DNA of 64,000 nucleotides from Eledone cirrhosa. Lineage: Eukaryota. How positions within the stretch are numbered: position 1 is the stretch's first letter; each line of letters opens with the position of its first letter. The stretch lies in assembly GCA_964016885.1 (NCBI GenBank), contig OZ024764.1, forward strand, positions 28,024,001 to 28,088,000, in the 5' to 3' direction. The notes under the pieces are model-generated. The model was not told the origin of the DNA. It was given only the letters and a program-made list of their open reading frames with translations, and searched no databases. This document shows, in pieces, positions 1 through 13,400 of this stretch. The position numbers and the translations under genes were made by a program.

Positions 1-421
1 ACGGGAATGATTCTATTTTTATGTGCGATAAACATGAGGGAGGTGGTTGACCGTTCAGCTGTTGCGTGGAAATGGTAGCGGAACGACGAGCTTCGGCGCA
101 AAAACAATCTTCTATTTATTCATTTTTTAAAAAGTACTAACTTTTTATGGTTTGACTTAATTCAGTTTTACCAAGTTTTTAGTTATTCTTATGTTTGTTT
201 AATTAATTTTCTTATAAATTCTAGCTGTTCTTTTGTTATTCTAATAAACTTTCTTTACTTAGCATTTGTCTTTTATTTTGACTAAAAGAAGCCAAAACAT
301 TAGAAACCACGAGCATTATGTAACAATGGGATTTTAGAATTCACTTATCCGGATATTTCCCTTAACCGGATCTTTTTCTAACTGTTTGGTTTTGACCGCC
401 CGGAGAAGCGAAGATTCACTG
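1..421. mobile_element. Right end of a Tc1/mariner (pogo/Tigger-like) DNA transposon or MITE
   Basis: Ends in ...GAAGATTCACTG followed by TA, i.e. a CAGTG-type TIR start on the minus strand plus a TA target site. The other end lies outside the window. Confidence 0.4.
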
Positions 422-430
422 TATATATAT

Positions 431-755
431 CATCATCACCGTTTTACGTCCGTTCTTCCACGCTAGCATGGGTTAGACAGGTTGTCCTGCTGTGGGCAGT
501 GTCCGGTCGGCTGACCTTGTCTAGCTCATACAGGAATTGATTCTAGCTTGATTTCTACAGCTGGATGCCCTTCCTAACACCAACCTCATTTACAGTGAGT
601 GTTGGGTGTTTTTTTTTTCTGTGACACCTACGCATCCACTTTACAGTGTGGGCTGGGAGCCTTTTTACTGTCTCTCCTACACGGCCACCTTACAGTGTGG
701 ACTGGGAGCCTTTTTACTGTCTCCTACATGACCACCTTACAGTGTGGACTTGTGT
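431..755 (-). mobile_element. SINE 3' part with RTE-type tail and about 3 copies of the ~49-bp internal repeat
   Basis: (CAT)n-...TTTTACGTCC tail, TTTCTACAGCTGGATGCCCTTCCTAACACCAACC block and repeat units, as in many other copies in the window. Confidence 0.75.
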
Positions 756-802
756 CATCGACACAGTGACAGTGAATGGAACGGTGTATATATATATATA
801 TA

Positions 803-930
803 CCGTATTTTCCGTCCTCGAGGAAGCACCCTAATTTTGACAACCAAAAATTTGAAAAATAATAATACGACAACCTTCGGCCTCCAGGACGCATGGTAGA
901 TTTTTGAGTCTTCGACACTGGGAAATTCAG
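803..930. mobile_element. Tc2/pogo-like MITE end fragment
   Basis: TA|CCGTATTTTCC terminus after a (TA)n tract. No second TIR seen. Confidence 0.3.
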
Positions 931-934
931 TGTG

Positions 935-998
<64 letters not shown>

Positions 999-1005
<7 letters not shown>

Positions 1006-1153
1006 GAGTTTGCTTGACAACATTAGCACCACAATCTTAACTTCCGAATGCAGTATAGGCACGCTGAGAATTAAGGAAGCCCTCTTAATCAAGCAATTAA
1101 AACCTAGGATCAATAATGACATGGAAAGAAGTGCACCAGAATGGCTAATTTAA
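999..1153 (+). mobile_element. Penelope-like element fragment, C-terminus of GIY-YIG endonuclease
   Basis: Translation ...TLRIKEALLIKQLKPRIN... fits the L.I.EAL.I....P..N end of PLE GIY-YIG domains. Directly abuts (TA)n. Confidence 0.6.
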
Positions 1154-1754
1154 AAGGCTGTATTCCAACATCCCAGCGGCCATTTCATTCTTTCTTTCAA
1201 ATTAAATCTATGTCCTCACTAGGCAAACACACTTACATATATCGCACACATTTTCCACATTTTATTATATACATATTCGCACACACCTTTCACTACATAA
1301 ACTTACATAGTTCCTTACCTGCAGCTTTGAAAGCAAGGCCAATCGTGGCTGGCGCTTGAGCTCGGGCAGAACTACTGGTGTAGCCACAGTCGCTAAGGGT
1401 CTTGTTATCATCCAGTGCCTGAATAAACAAACAGATTGTAATAAATGGGTGAAAAGTATTTCAGAAAGCTGGCACAATGTGCTAAAAATATATAAAGAGC
1501 AAAGGATGAAAAATAAAACGAAACAAAGTAATTCTTTTTTACTCAATATATTTCAACATAATGTTACTCTTTTCAATTTGACTTTAATCTATGTAGTTAA
1601 TATAAAACATTGTGAGATGTAATAAATGGCTAAGTATTTCAGAAAGCTGATACAATATGGTAGAAATGTATAAAGGGCAAAGGATGACAAATAAAACAAA
1701 TAAGTATTATCTAACCCAGTGATTTCAACGTAATATTTCAGGGTTATAATAATA

Positions 1755-1935
1755 TAATTGTTTCTACTTTTGGCACAAGGCCAGCAATTACCCAGTCCAT
1801 TACTGGTACTTTATTTTATCGACCCCGTAAGGATGAAAGGCAAAGTTAACCTCGGCTGGATTTGAACTCAGATCATAGAGTGACGTAACTCTTTGCGTCA
1901 AAGCATGGCGTCCGACCAGTGCTCAGGTGCACTAC
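1755..1935 (-). mobile_element. tRNA-derived SINE, family 2
   Basis: Reverse complement contains CTGAGTTCAAATCC (B box), GCCTTTCATCCTTACGGGGTCGATAAAATAAAGTACCAGTAAT. Other copies at 10095-10290, 14210-14400, 20600-20740, 21325-21755 and 40275-40380. Confidence 0.75.
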
Positions 1936-3830
1936 AACTTATCAAAGGTGCATGTATAGTACATAGAATAATGTACAAATGTCAGGAGAGTGAATAGTGT
2001 ATGAGTCATGATATACATGTGTGTGTGTGGAGGAGGAATATTAGGTGTAGTGTTGGCGAATTTCAGGAAGCATGGAGGTTTTAAAGGATGAAGTGTCTCG
2101 ACAGCTAACAACTGATGCAGGTAGTTTGTTCCATGGAGGTTTTAAAGGATGCAGTGTCTCAACAGCTAACAACTGATGCAGGTAGTTTGTTCCATGGAGG
2201 TTTTAAAGGATGCAGTGTCTCGACAGCTAACAACTGATGCAGGTAGTTTGTTCCATGGAGGTTTTAAAGGATGCAGTGTCTCGACAGCTAACAACTGATG
2301 CAGGTAGTTTGTTCCATGGAGGTTTTAAAGGATGCAGTGTCTCGACAGCTAACAACTGATGCAGGTAGTTTGTTCCATGGAGGTTTTAAAGGATGCAGTG
2401 TCTCGACAGCTAACAACTGATGCAGGTAGTTTGTTCCATGGAGGTTTTAAAGGATGCAGTGTCTCGACAGCTAACAACTGATGCAGGTAGTTTGTTCCAT
2501 GGAGGTTTTAAAGGATGCAGTGTCTCGACAGCTAACAACTGATGCAGGTAGTTTGTTCCATGGAGGTTTTAAAGGATGCAGTGTCTCGACAGCTAACAAC
2601 TGATGCAGGTAGTTTGTTCCATGGAGGTTTTAAAGGATGCAGGTAGTTTGTTCCATGAAGGTTTTAAAGGATGAAGTGTCTCGACAGCTAACAACTGATG
2701 CAGGTAGTTTGTTCCATGAAGGTTTTAAAGGATGAAGTGTCTCGACAGCTAACAACTGATGCAGGTAGTTTGTTCCATGAAGGTTTTAAAGGATGCAGTG
2801 TCTCGACAGCTAACAACTGATGCAGGTAGTTTGTTCCATGGAGGTTTTAAAGGATGCAGTGTCTCGACAGCTAACAACTGATGCAGGTAGTTTGTTCCAT
2901 GAAGGTTTTAAAGGATGCAGTGTCTCGACAGCTAACAACTGATGCAGGTAGTTTGTTCCATGGAGGTTTTAAAGGATGCAGTGTCTCGACAGCTAACAAC
3001 TGATGCAGGTAGTTTGTTCCATGGAGGTTTTAAAGGATGCAGTGTCTCGACAGCTAACAACTGATGCAGGTAGTTTGTTCCATGGAGGTTTTAAAGGATG
3101 CAGGTAGTTTGTTCCATGAAGGTTTTAAAGGATGAAGTGTCTCGACAGCTAACAACTGATGCAGGTAGTTTGTTCCATGGAGGTTTTAAAGGATGAAGTG
3201 TCTCGACAGCTAACAACTGATGCAGGTAGTTTGTTCCATGAAGGTTTTAAAGGATGCAGTGTCTCGACAGCTAACAACTGATGCAGGTAGTTTGTTCCAT
3301 GGAGGTTTTAAAGGATGCAGTGTCTCGACAGCTAACAACTGATGCAGGTAGTTTGTTCCATGAAGGTTTTAAAGGATGCAGTGTCTCGACAGCTAACAAC
3401 TGATGCAGGTAGTTTGTTCCATGAAGGTTTTAAAGGATGAAGTGTCTCGACAGCTAACAACTGATGCAGGTAGTTTGTTCCATGAAGGTTTTAAAGGATG
3501 CAGTGTCCCGACAGCTAACAACTGATGCAGGTAGTTTGTTCCATGGAGGTTTTAAAGGATGCAGTGTCTCGACAGCTAACAACTGATGCAGGGAGTTTGT
3601 TCCATGCTTCAGCAACTCTGAGTGTGAAAAAATGTTTCTGAAAGTCATGGGTCCTGTGCTGTTTTCTGACTTTGTAGGCATGCCCACGTGTGTTAGACAC
3701 ATGGAACTCAAAAAGGTACTCAGGGTTGTTGTTGGCAAGATGGTTAATAATCTTGTGGGTGTTTATCAAGTCAGTTGCCAGAGATTTAATGTATCCATGC
3801 CCAGGGAAGCAAAGTATTCCTCTAATTACA
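1920..3830 (-). mobile_element. CR1-type LINE 3' fragment (ORF2 C-terminus and 3' UTR)
   Basis: TRGHAYKV...FFTLRVAEAWNKLPASVV...SFK is the canonical CR1 ORF2 C-terminal motif. Confidence 0.85.
2072..3605. repeat. 61-bp tandem array (~25 units) amplified from CR1 ORF2
   Basis: Unit GTCTCGACAGCTAACAACTGATGCAGGTAGTTTGTTCCATGGAGGTTTTAAAGGATGCAGT, period 61. It encodes the WNKLPASVVSCRDTASFK segment. Confidence 0.95.
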
Positions 3831-4004
3831 GGTTTTTTTTAGGGTATGTTGTTTACTAAGCGAATAGTAATGTATTCTCATTGGTTTGCTAGTACCAGTA
3901 ATATACTTATGTTGGTGTGTATGAATATGTATCTTTATAAATGTATGCTGGTCACACAACAAATAAGCACCCAGTTCACCCTGTACGGTGGTCAAGTTGG
4001 TGAC

Positions 4005-4450
4005 AGGATATGTGATGGCTAGAGAAGAGTAGAGAAGGCTGGAAAGATATGTGATGGCTGTGGAGGAGTGGAGAAGGTAGGAAAGGTATGTGATGGCTGT
4101 GGAGGAGTGGAGAAGGTAGGAAAGGTATGTGATGGCTGTGGAGGAGTGGAGAAGGTAGGAAAGGTATGTGATGGCTGTGGAGAGGTGGAGAAGGCTGGAA
4201 AAGTATGTGATGGCTGTGGAGGAGTGGAGAAGGTAGGAAAGAATGAGAATATTCTGGTGGAAGTACACTGTAATTGCTCATAGAGAAGAAATCAAACACT
4301 GAATTACAAATGATGATGGGAATAGACAATGACGAATGTTGTGAAGAGGAATGGAATGAGGTGGTTGGGTCATGTGATGAGAAAGGATGAAGGTGACTGG
4401 GAGAGACGAGTGATTAGGAATAGAGCCAGGGTTGAATATTGTGAAGATAA
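4005..4450 (+). mobile_element. Degenerate RTE LINE fragment with a 39-bp tandem repeat (~6 units, 4005-4240)
   Basis: RWLGHVMRKDEGDW motif at about 4355-4400, preceded by the repeat TATGTGATGGCTGTGGAGGAGTGGAGAAGGTAGGAAAGG. Confidence 0.6.
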
Positions 4451-4632
4451 ATGGAATATGTTGGTTCAAAGTGTTGATATTTATCTAAAAACCTTCCATC
4501 ATAATTTCATGTAAGAACCTTTAAGTTATAGACAGGGATAGACAGTACAACAGGGGTACAGGAGTAGACAGTAAGACCAAGTTTCAAGGGTATACAGGTA
4601 GAAAGCAAGGGAGCCTGTCCCCTAGTTCTTAC

Positions 4633-4776
4633 CGTTTCATCTCTGAAAAGTCTCTGATTTTCTGGTGGAACTTTGAGAATTCCTTCAACAATCTTCTTTA
4701 CTTCGTAAATGGTAGTGTTTTCTTTGACGTCTGTAAAGATGGTACACTTCTTCCTTCTAATCATTAAAAACACATC
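4633..4776 (-). CDS. ELOB: Elongin B, coding exon 2 (48 codons, phase 0/0)
   Basis: [48 protein letters not shown] matches the Elongin B N-terminus ([19 protein letters not shown]...ILK.PP.EQRL). Acceptor ttgttattttgtag, donor gtaaga. Downstream exons were not found and probably lie left of the window. Confidence 0.95.
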
Positions 4777-4825
4777 CTACAAAATAACAATTAATAATTA
4801 GCAACCGTATACGCAACAAAAAACA

Positions 4826-5870
4826 GTCGACGATGTAATGTGGCCATGTAGGTGACACAGTAAAAACCTCCCAGTCCGCGCTGTAATGTGGCTGTGTAGG
4901 TGACACAGTAAAAACCTCCCAGTCCACGCTGTAATGTGGCTGTGTAGGTAACATGGTAAAAACCTCCCAGTCCACACTGTAATGTGGCCATGTAGGTGAC
5001 ACAGTAAAAACCTCCCAGTCCACGCTGGAATGTGGCTGTGTAGGTGACATAGTAAAAACCTCCCAGTCCACGCTGTAATGTGGCTGTGTAGGTAACATGG
5101 TAAAAACCTCCCAGTCCACGCTGTAATGCGGCCATGTAGGTAACATGGTAAAAACCTCCCAGTCCACACTGTAATGTGGCCGTGTAGGTGACACAGTAAA
5201 AACCTCCCAGTCCACGTTGTAATGTGGCTGTGTAGGTAACACGGTAAAAACCTCCCAGTCCACGCTGTAATGTGGCTGTGTAGGTAACACGGTAAAAACC
5301 TCCCAGTCCACACTGTAATGTGGCCGTGTAGGTAACACGGTAAAAACCTCCCAGTCCACACTGTAATGTGGCCGTGTAGGTAACACGGTAAAAACCTCCC
5401 AGTCCACGCTGTAATGTGGCTGTGTAGGTAACATGGTAAAAACCTCCCAGTCCACGCTGTAATGTGGCCGTGTAGGTGACAGTAAAAACCTCCCAGTCCA
5501 CGCTGTAATGTGGCCGTGTAGGTGACACAGTAAAAACCTCCCAGTCCATGCTGTAATGTGGCTGTGTAGGTAACACGGTAAAAACCTCCCAGTCCACGCT
5601 GTAATGTGGTTGTGTAGGTGACACAGTAAAAACCTCCCAGTCCATGCTGTAATGTGGTCGTGTAGGTGACACAGTAAAAACCTCCCAGTCCATGCTGTAA
5701 TGTGGTCGTGTAGGTGACACAGTAAAAACCTCCCAGTCCACACTGTAAACGTGGTTGGTGTTACGAAGGGCATCCAGCTTTTTGTCGTGTCTCCTACAGG
5801 ACCACTTTACAGTGTGGACTGGGTGCTTTTTGTCATGAGACCTACACGACCACTTTACAATGTGGACTGG
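4826..5870 (+). repeat. SINE-internal 49-bp minisatellite (~19 units) with an inverted junction near 5778
   Basis: Unit GTAGGTGACACAGTAAAAACCTCCCAGTCCACGCTGTAATGTGGCTGT-like, then GGTTGGTGTTACGAAGGGCATCCAGC, then about 2 units in the opposite orientation. Confidence 0.9.
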
Positions 5871-5871
5871 A

Positions 5872-6058
5872 TTATATATACTATTGTATTTTTGTGGTAA
5901 AAGCTTTATCTCACATAATATCTAATCTACAATATTTTGATATTATTTATTTTGAGAACAATACCTTAACATCAGAATAAGTAGCCAGTTACGACCAGTT
6001 AGAACAGAAAGAGGTGAGAGATTTCTAGCCGGTTATGACCAGATTAAATCCTAAAGGG
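5872..6058 (-). mobile_element. Truncated TTAA-type (piggyBac-like) MITE
   Basis: Ends CTAAAGGG|TTAA and is homologous to the elements at 24925, 31673, 37421 and 42955. Confidence 0.7.
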
Positions 6059-6397
6059 TTAAATCCCGCTAGCCTAAATCTATTATCATTGAAACGCCAC
6101 CACGAAAACCTGGGTGACCAATGAATGCCACTCCGTTGCAAACATTCTGGCCAGCTTTCCAGTTCAACCATATTTCTCTATCTCCCTCCCATCAGGTCCT
6201 GAAAGGGGCCAGCATTTTCCTCTCCCCACTCTGACTAACGAAAAAACAAAACTGGTATGTGAAGAGTGACACTACATTAAATGTAATATAATGAAGATTA
6301 TTCCATCAATCAATAATAATTAAAATAACCATATATTTATAAGAAGCTTAGCCTTTATAATTACCTAGCATTTAGAATCATTTTAGTAGTAACTAAA

Positions 6398-7692
6398 CCT
6401 GTTAGAAATAGCAGCCAAATCTCCCTCAAATCACACACTACTGTCTTATGTATGAGGGAGACCTCTACATTGTAGCTAGATCAGGTAGAAATAATAGCCA
6501 AATCTCCCTTAAATCACACACTACTGTCTTATGTATGAGGGAGACCTCTACATTGTAGCTAGATCAGGTAGAAATAATAGCCAAATCTCCCTCAAATCAC
6601 ACACTACTGTCTTATGTATGAGGGAGACCTCTACATGGTAGCTAGACCTGGTAGAAATAGCAGCCAAATCTCCCTCAAATCACACACTACTGTCTTATGT
6701 ATGAGGGAGACCTCTACATGGTAGCTAGACCTGGTAGAAATAGCAGCCAAATCTCCCTCAAATCACACACTACTGTCTTATGTATGAGGGAGACCTCTAC
6801 ATGGTAGCTAGACCTGGTATAAATAGCAGCCAAATCTCCCTTAAATCACACACTACTGTCTTATGTATGAGGGAGACCTCTACATTGTAGCTAGATCAGG
6901 TAGAAATAATAGCCAAATCTCCCTCAAATCACACACTACTGTCTTATGTATGAGGGAGACCTCTACATGGTAGCTAGACCTGGTAGAAATAGCAGCCAAA
7001 TCTCCCTCAAATCACACACTACTGTCTTATGTATGAGGGAGACCTCTACATGGTAGCTAGACCTGGTAGAAATAGCAGCCAAATCTCCCTCAAATCACAC
7101 ACTACTGTCTTATGTATGAGGGAGACCTCTACATTGTAGCTAGATCAGGTAGAAATAATAGCCAAATCTCCCTCAAATCACACACTACTGTCTTATGTAT
7201 GAGGGAGACCTCTACATGGTAGCTAGACCTGGTAGAAATAGCAGCCAAATCTCCCTCAAATCACAGCCTACTGTCTTATGTATGAGGGAGACCTCTACAT
7301 GGTAGCTAGACCTGGTATAAATAGCAGCCAAATCTCCCTTAAATCACACACTACTGTCTTATGTATGAGGGAGACCTCTACATGGTAGCTAGACCTGGTA
7401 GAAATAGCAGCCAAATCTCCCTCAAATCACAGCCTACTGTCTTATGTATGAGGGAGACCTCTACATGGTAGCTAGACCTGGTAGAAATAGCAGCCAAATC
7501 TCCCTCAAATCACAGCCTACTGTCATATATGAGGGAGACCTCTACATGGTAGCTAGACCTGGTATAAATAGCAGCCAAATCTCCCTTAAATCACACACTA
7601 CTGTCTTATGTATGAAGGGGACCTCTGCATGGTAGCTAGACCTGGTAAAAATAACAGCCAAATCTCCCTCAAATCACACCCTATAGTCTTAT
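6398..7692. repeat. 83-bp tandem array (~15 units)
   Basis: Unit GTAGAAATAGCAGCCAAATCTCCCTCAAATCACACACTACTGTCTTATGTATGAGGGAGACCTCTACATGGTAGCTAGACCTG. A diverged single monomer lies at 40752-40830. Confidence 0.95.
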
Positions 7693-7849
7693 GTTATTTA
7701 CAAAATTATTTGAAAACCATAAACAGCATCTTTTATTGGAAATATGGTGTCAAAAGTGTTAAAGAGTTTGTATTTATCTAAAAACCTTCCATCATAATTT
7801 TATGTAACAACCTTTGTTAAGTTATGTTCCAAACACCAGTTTAATAATG

Positions 7850-8095
7850 AGAAAGTTACAGAAATGGTTGATAGCTTCTGCTATCTAGGTGACTTAATCA
7901 TCAATGGGGGAGGGTGGTCTCAAAGGGTAATAGTTAGAATAAGGATAGGATGGAAAAAAAGTTTACAGGGCTACTCCCACTGTTGACAAGAAAAGGTTTC
8001 TCCCTACACACAAGAGGACGGCTGTGTGATTCCTGCATGGAAAATGCAAAGACATGCAAAAACTGGAGAGAAATGAATCAACCATGCAATCAGGC
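7850..8095 (+). mobile_element. Degenerate RTE LINE RT fragment
   Basis: EMVDSFCYLGDL...RIRIGWKK...LLPLLTRKGFSLHTRGRL, homologous to the ORF at 62929-63972. Confidence 0.8.
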
Positions 8096-8134
8096 ATTTA
8101 GTGGCAACACCCAGTCCATCCTTTAAAGTAATTG

Positions 8135-8746
8135 TACTGGTGACAAAAGAAAAAGTACCCAGTCCACCCTGTTAGGAGGTCGTGCTGGTGACACATCAAA
8201 AAGCACCCAGTTCACCCTGTTAGAGAGTCGTGGTGGTGACACAAGAAGCACCCAGTTCACCCTGTAAGGCGGCAGTGACACAACAAAAAGCACCCAGTCC
8301 ACCCTGTTAGGAGGTTGTGCTGGTGACACATAAAAAAGCACCCAGTTCACCCTGTTAGGAGGTCGTGCTGGTGACACATCAAAAAGCACCCAGTTCACCC
8401 TGTTAGGGGGTCGTCGTGGTGACACAAGAAGCACCCAGTTCACCCTGTAAGGCGGCAGTGACACAACAAAAAGCACCCAGTCCACCCTGAAATGGTGGTC
8501 ATCCTTGTACCACAAGAAAAAGCACTCAATCTACCTTGTAATGTAGTTGTGCTGGTGACAGTGTAAAAACACCTAGTCAACACTGTAAGCTGGTTGGTGT
8601 TAGGAAGGGCGTCCAGCTGTAGAAACCAAGCCAAAATAGAGATCCGTATGAGCAAGACATGGTCACCTGACCTGACTTGTATTGTAACATGACAACCCGT
8701 CTAACCCATGCTAGCATGGAAAAGGGACGTTAAATGGTGATGATGA
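8135..8746 (+). mobile_element. SINE 3' part with diverged ~45-50-bp repeats and RTE-type tail
   Basis: Repeat units, then GGTTGGTGTTAGGAAGGGCGTCCAGCTGTAGAAA, then GGACGTTAAATGGTGATGATGA. Confidence 0.75.
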
Positions 8747-8859
8747 CTGGTGTGATATATAAGTAGGGTCACCAACCACTGGCTACACTGCAACTTTTAT
8801 TTGCAGTGGTCTTGAATGCCGTTGTGTAGGTACATATATAGGGCATCAGTTCTGTAGCT

Positions 8860-9560
8860 CAGGGTTTCCCAAACTTTTTCAAACATGGAACCCTTTTTGG
8901 TTCAGAAACTTTTGGCGGAACTCCAAAGTCTAATACTATGAAGGTGCATGGCTTATTGGTTAGAGCATTGGGCTTATTCAGAGGTTGCGAGTTTGATTCT
9001 CGGACCGGGTGATGCGTTGTGTCCTTGAGCAAGACACTTTATTTCTTGTTGCTCCAGTTTACTGTAGAAACGAGTTGCAACGTCATTGGTATTAAGCTGT
9101 ATCAGCCATTGCCTTTCCCTTGGACATTATATGTAGTTTAGTGTATATATAAGTCTTCACTGTATATATATATGTTATATCACTGGTGCCAAGCTGTATA
9201 GGTCATTGCCTTTCCCTTGGACATCATATATAGTTTAGTGTATATATAGTCTAAATAGTGTATATAAGGTGTATGTCATGTATATATAGTAAGTCTATTC
9301 TGTGTATATATATATGTGTTATGTCACCGATGCCAAGCTGTATCAGCCATTGCCTTTCCCTTGGACATTATCAGTGACATGTGGAGGGGAGACTGGTATG
9401 TATGGGCAACTGCTGGTCTTCCACAAAACAAACCTTATCCAGGTTGTGCCCCGGGGGGAAACTTTCTAGGTGCAAAAACATGGTTATTCGTGACCGAGTG
9501 GGGCCTTATATATATAATACCGTTATATAATTCTGCAGAACCCACTTTTGGCAGCGCTGT
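8860..9560. mobile_element. hAT-like MITE interrupted by a tRNA/CORE SINE (8941-9505, +)
   Basis: CAGGGTTTCCCAAACTTTTT start and a degenerate ...CTTTTGGCAGCGCTG end. The inner SINE has A/B boxes and GTGTCCTTGAGCAAGACACTT (CORE-like). Confidence 0.5.
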
Positions 9561-10493
9561 TTTAGATGATGCAGCCAAGAAGCCAAGACAGCGGTCTTAC
9601 AATCAGCTATGTTGTACGTATGAAAAAACTGTTGTGCAAGTCCTGCAATCCTTACTTCCTTACTGCATCTGCACATAGCTTCTTCCAGGAGGCAGTGTGC
9701 GCCATGTCAACATATTTCCTAGTTAGACACCGTGTGTTATTACCGAGTTTTATGTCCCTCATGGTTTTCACAGTGGCGGGATATAGCCGGTTTAAATGCT
9801 AAAGGGTTAATACAACATCCAGGCCGAAACAAATGAGGTTGTGTAGGTGTCACGACAAAAAAAAAAAAACACAGTCCACGCTGTAATGTGGCCGTGTAGG
9901 TAACACGGTAAAAACCTCCCAGTTCACACTGTAAACGTGGTTGGTGTTAGAAAGGGCATCCAGCCGTAGAAAACCCGCCAGACAGTCCTATACGAGCAAG
10001 ACAACCACTCTTGCCTCAAGTGGGAAAACTCCCGTCCAAACCCATGCAAGCGTGGAAGATGGACGTTAAACGATGATGATGATGATGATGATGATTATAG
10101 GCAGTGTCAGTATGCTTTAAGGCATAGGGTTGCGCCTCTTTATGATCTGAGTTCGAATCTTGCCGAAGTCAGCTTTGCCTTTCATCCTTATGAGGTTGAT
10201 AAAATAAAGTACCAGTAATGCACCGAGGTTGATTTAATCGACTTCCCCTCCCCAAAATTGTTAGTCTTGTGGCTAAATCAGAAACCAGTACATACATATA
10301 TATATATATACATACATACAAACAAACACACACAAGCACATATGTATAGAGAGAGAGTGGGGAGGTAAATAGGTTTATTTCAAAGAGAAATGACTTCTAC
10401 AAGACAAGAACTATTTCATTCGTGTGTATACACACATATATATACAAACATATGTATACATATATATAAATACATAAGTATACACATACACAC

Positions 10494-13400
10494 ATCATCA
10501 TCGTTTAACGTCCATCTACGAGTCTAGCATGGGTAGGACAGGCTGTCACTTTGAGAGGGATCAGGACAGGGGGCCGTGATTGGAACACAGGAGTGATTTT
10601 GGCTTGGATTCTACACCTGGATGCCTTTCCTGGTACCTTTTGTCATGACACCTACATGACCACTTTACAGTGTGGACTGGGTACTTTTTGTCGTGACACC
10701 TACATAACCATTTTACAGTGTGGACAGGGTACCTTTTGTTGTGACACCTACATGACCACTTTACAGTGTGGACTGGGTACCTTTTGTCGTGACACCTACA
10801 TGACCACTTTACAGTGTGGACTGGGTACTTTTTGTCGTGACACCTACATAACCATTTTACAGTGTGGACAGGGTACCTTTTGTTGTGACACCTACATGAC
10901 CACTTTACAGTGTGGACTGGGTACCTTTTGTTATGACACCTACATGACCACTTTACAGTGTGGACTGGGTGCTTTTTGTCGTGACACCTACATGACCACT
11001 TTACAGTGTGGACTGGGTACCTTTTGTTATGACACCTACATGACCACTTTACAGTGTGGACTGGGTACTTTTTGTCGTGACAACTATATGACCACTTTAC
11101 AGTGTGGACTGGGTGCTTTTTGTCGTGACACCTACATGACCACTTTACAGTGTGGACTGGGTACCTTTTGTCGTGACACCTGCATGACCACTTTACAGTG
11201 TAGACTGGGTACTTTTTGTCATGACACCTACATGACCACTTTACAGTGTGGACTGGGTACCTTTTGTCGTGACACTTACATGACCACTTTACAGTGTGGA
11301 CTGGGTACCTTTTGTCGTGACACCTACATGACCACTTTACAGTGTGGACTGGGTACCTTTTGTTGTGACACCTACATGACCACTTTACAGTGTGGACTGG
11401 GTACCTTTTGTCGTGACACTTACATGACCACTTTACAGTGTGGACTGGGTACCTTTTGTCGTGACACCTACATGACCACTTTACAGTGTGGACTGGGTAC
11501 CTTTTGTCGTGACACCTACATGACCACTTTACAGTGTGGACTGGGTACCTTTTGTCGTGACACCTACATGACCACTTTACAGTGTGGACTGGGTACCTTT
11601 TGTTGTGACACCTACATGACCACTTTACAGTGTGGACTGGGTGCTGTTTGTCACGACACCTACATGACCACTTTACAGTGTGGACTGGGTGCTGTTTGTC
11701 ACGACACCTACATGACCACTTTACAGTGTGGACTGGGTACTTTATGTCACGACACCTACATGACCACTTTACAGTGTGGACTGGGTACCTTTTATTGTGA
11801 CACCTACATGACCACTTTACAGTGTGGACTGGGTACCTTTTGTTGTGACACCTACATGACCACTTTACAGTGTGGACTGGGTACTTTATGTCGTGACACC
11901 TACATGACCACTTTACAGTGTGGACTGGGTACCTTTTGTTGTGACACCTACATGACCACTTTACAGTGTGGACTGGGTACTTTTTGTCGTGACAACTATA
12001 TGACCACTTTACAGTGTGGACTGGGTGCTTTTTGTCGTGACACCTACATAACCATTTTACAGTGTGGACAGGGTACCTTTTGTTGTGACACCTACATGAC
12101 CACTTTACAGTGTGGACTGGGTACTTTTTGTCGTGACACCTACATAACCATTTTACAGTGTGGACAGGGTACCTTTTGTTGTGACACCTACATGACCACT
12201 TTACAGTGTGGACTGGGTACCTTTTGTTATGACACCTACATGACCACTTTACAGTGTGGACTGGGTGCTTTTTGTCGTGACACCTACATGACCACTTTAC
12301 AGTGTGGACTGGGTACCTTTTGTTATGACACCTACATGACCACTTTACAGTGTGGACTGGGTACTTTTTGTCGTGACAACTATATGACCACTTTACAGTG
12401 TGGACTGGGTGCTTTTTGTCGTGACACCTACATGACCACTTTACAGTGTGGACTGGGTACCTTTTGTCGTGACACCTGCATGACCACTTTACAGTGTAGA
12501 CTGGGTACTTTTTGTCATGACACCTACATGACCACTTTACAGTGTGGACTGGGTACCTTTTGTCGTGACACTTACATGACCACTTTACAGTGTGGACTGG
12601 GTACCTTTTGTCGTGACACCTACATGACCACTTTACAGTGTGGACTGGGTACCTTTTGTTGTGACACCTACATGACCACTTTACAGTGTGGACTGGGTAC
12701 CTTTTGTCGTGACACTTACATGACCACTTTACAGTGTGGACTGGGTACCTTTTGTCGTGACACCTACATGACCACTTTACAGTGTGGACTGGGTACCTTT
12801 TGTCGTGACACCTACATGACCACTTTACAGTGTGGACTGGGTACCTTTTGTCGTGACACCTACATGACCACTTTACAGTGTGGACTGGGTACCTTTTGTT
12901 GTGACACCTACATGACCACTTTACAGTGTGGACTGGGTGCTGTTTGTCACGACACCTACATGACCACTTTACAGTGTGGACTGGGTGCTGTTTGTCACGA
13001 CACCTACATGACCACTTTACAGTGTGGACTGGGTACTTTATGTCACGACACCTACATGACCACTTTACAGTGTGGACTGGGTACCTTTTATTGTGACACC
13101 TACATGACCACTTTACAGTGTGGACTGGGTACCTTTTGTTGTGACACCTACATGACCACTTTACAGTGTGGACTGGGTACTTTATGTCGTGACACCTACA
13201 TGACCACTTTACAGTGTGGACTGGGTACCTTTTGTTGTGACACCTACATGACCACTTTACAGTGTGGACTGGGTACTTTTTGTCGTGACAACTATATGAC
13301 CACTTTACAGTGTGGACTGGGTGCTTTTTGTCGTGACACCTACATGACCACTTTACAGTGTGGACTGGGTACCTTTTGTCGTGACACCTACATGACCACT

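Noticed and set aside
4068-4283. CDGCGG repeats resembling a DnaJ zinc finger
   Set aside because: A 39-bp tandem duplication next to an RTE remnant, with no J domain.
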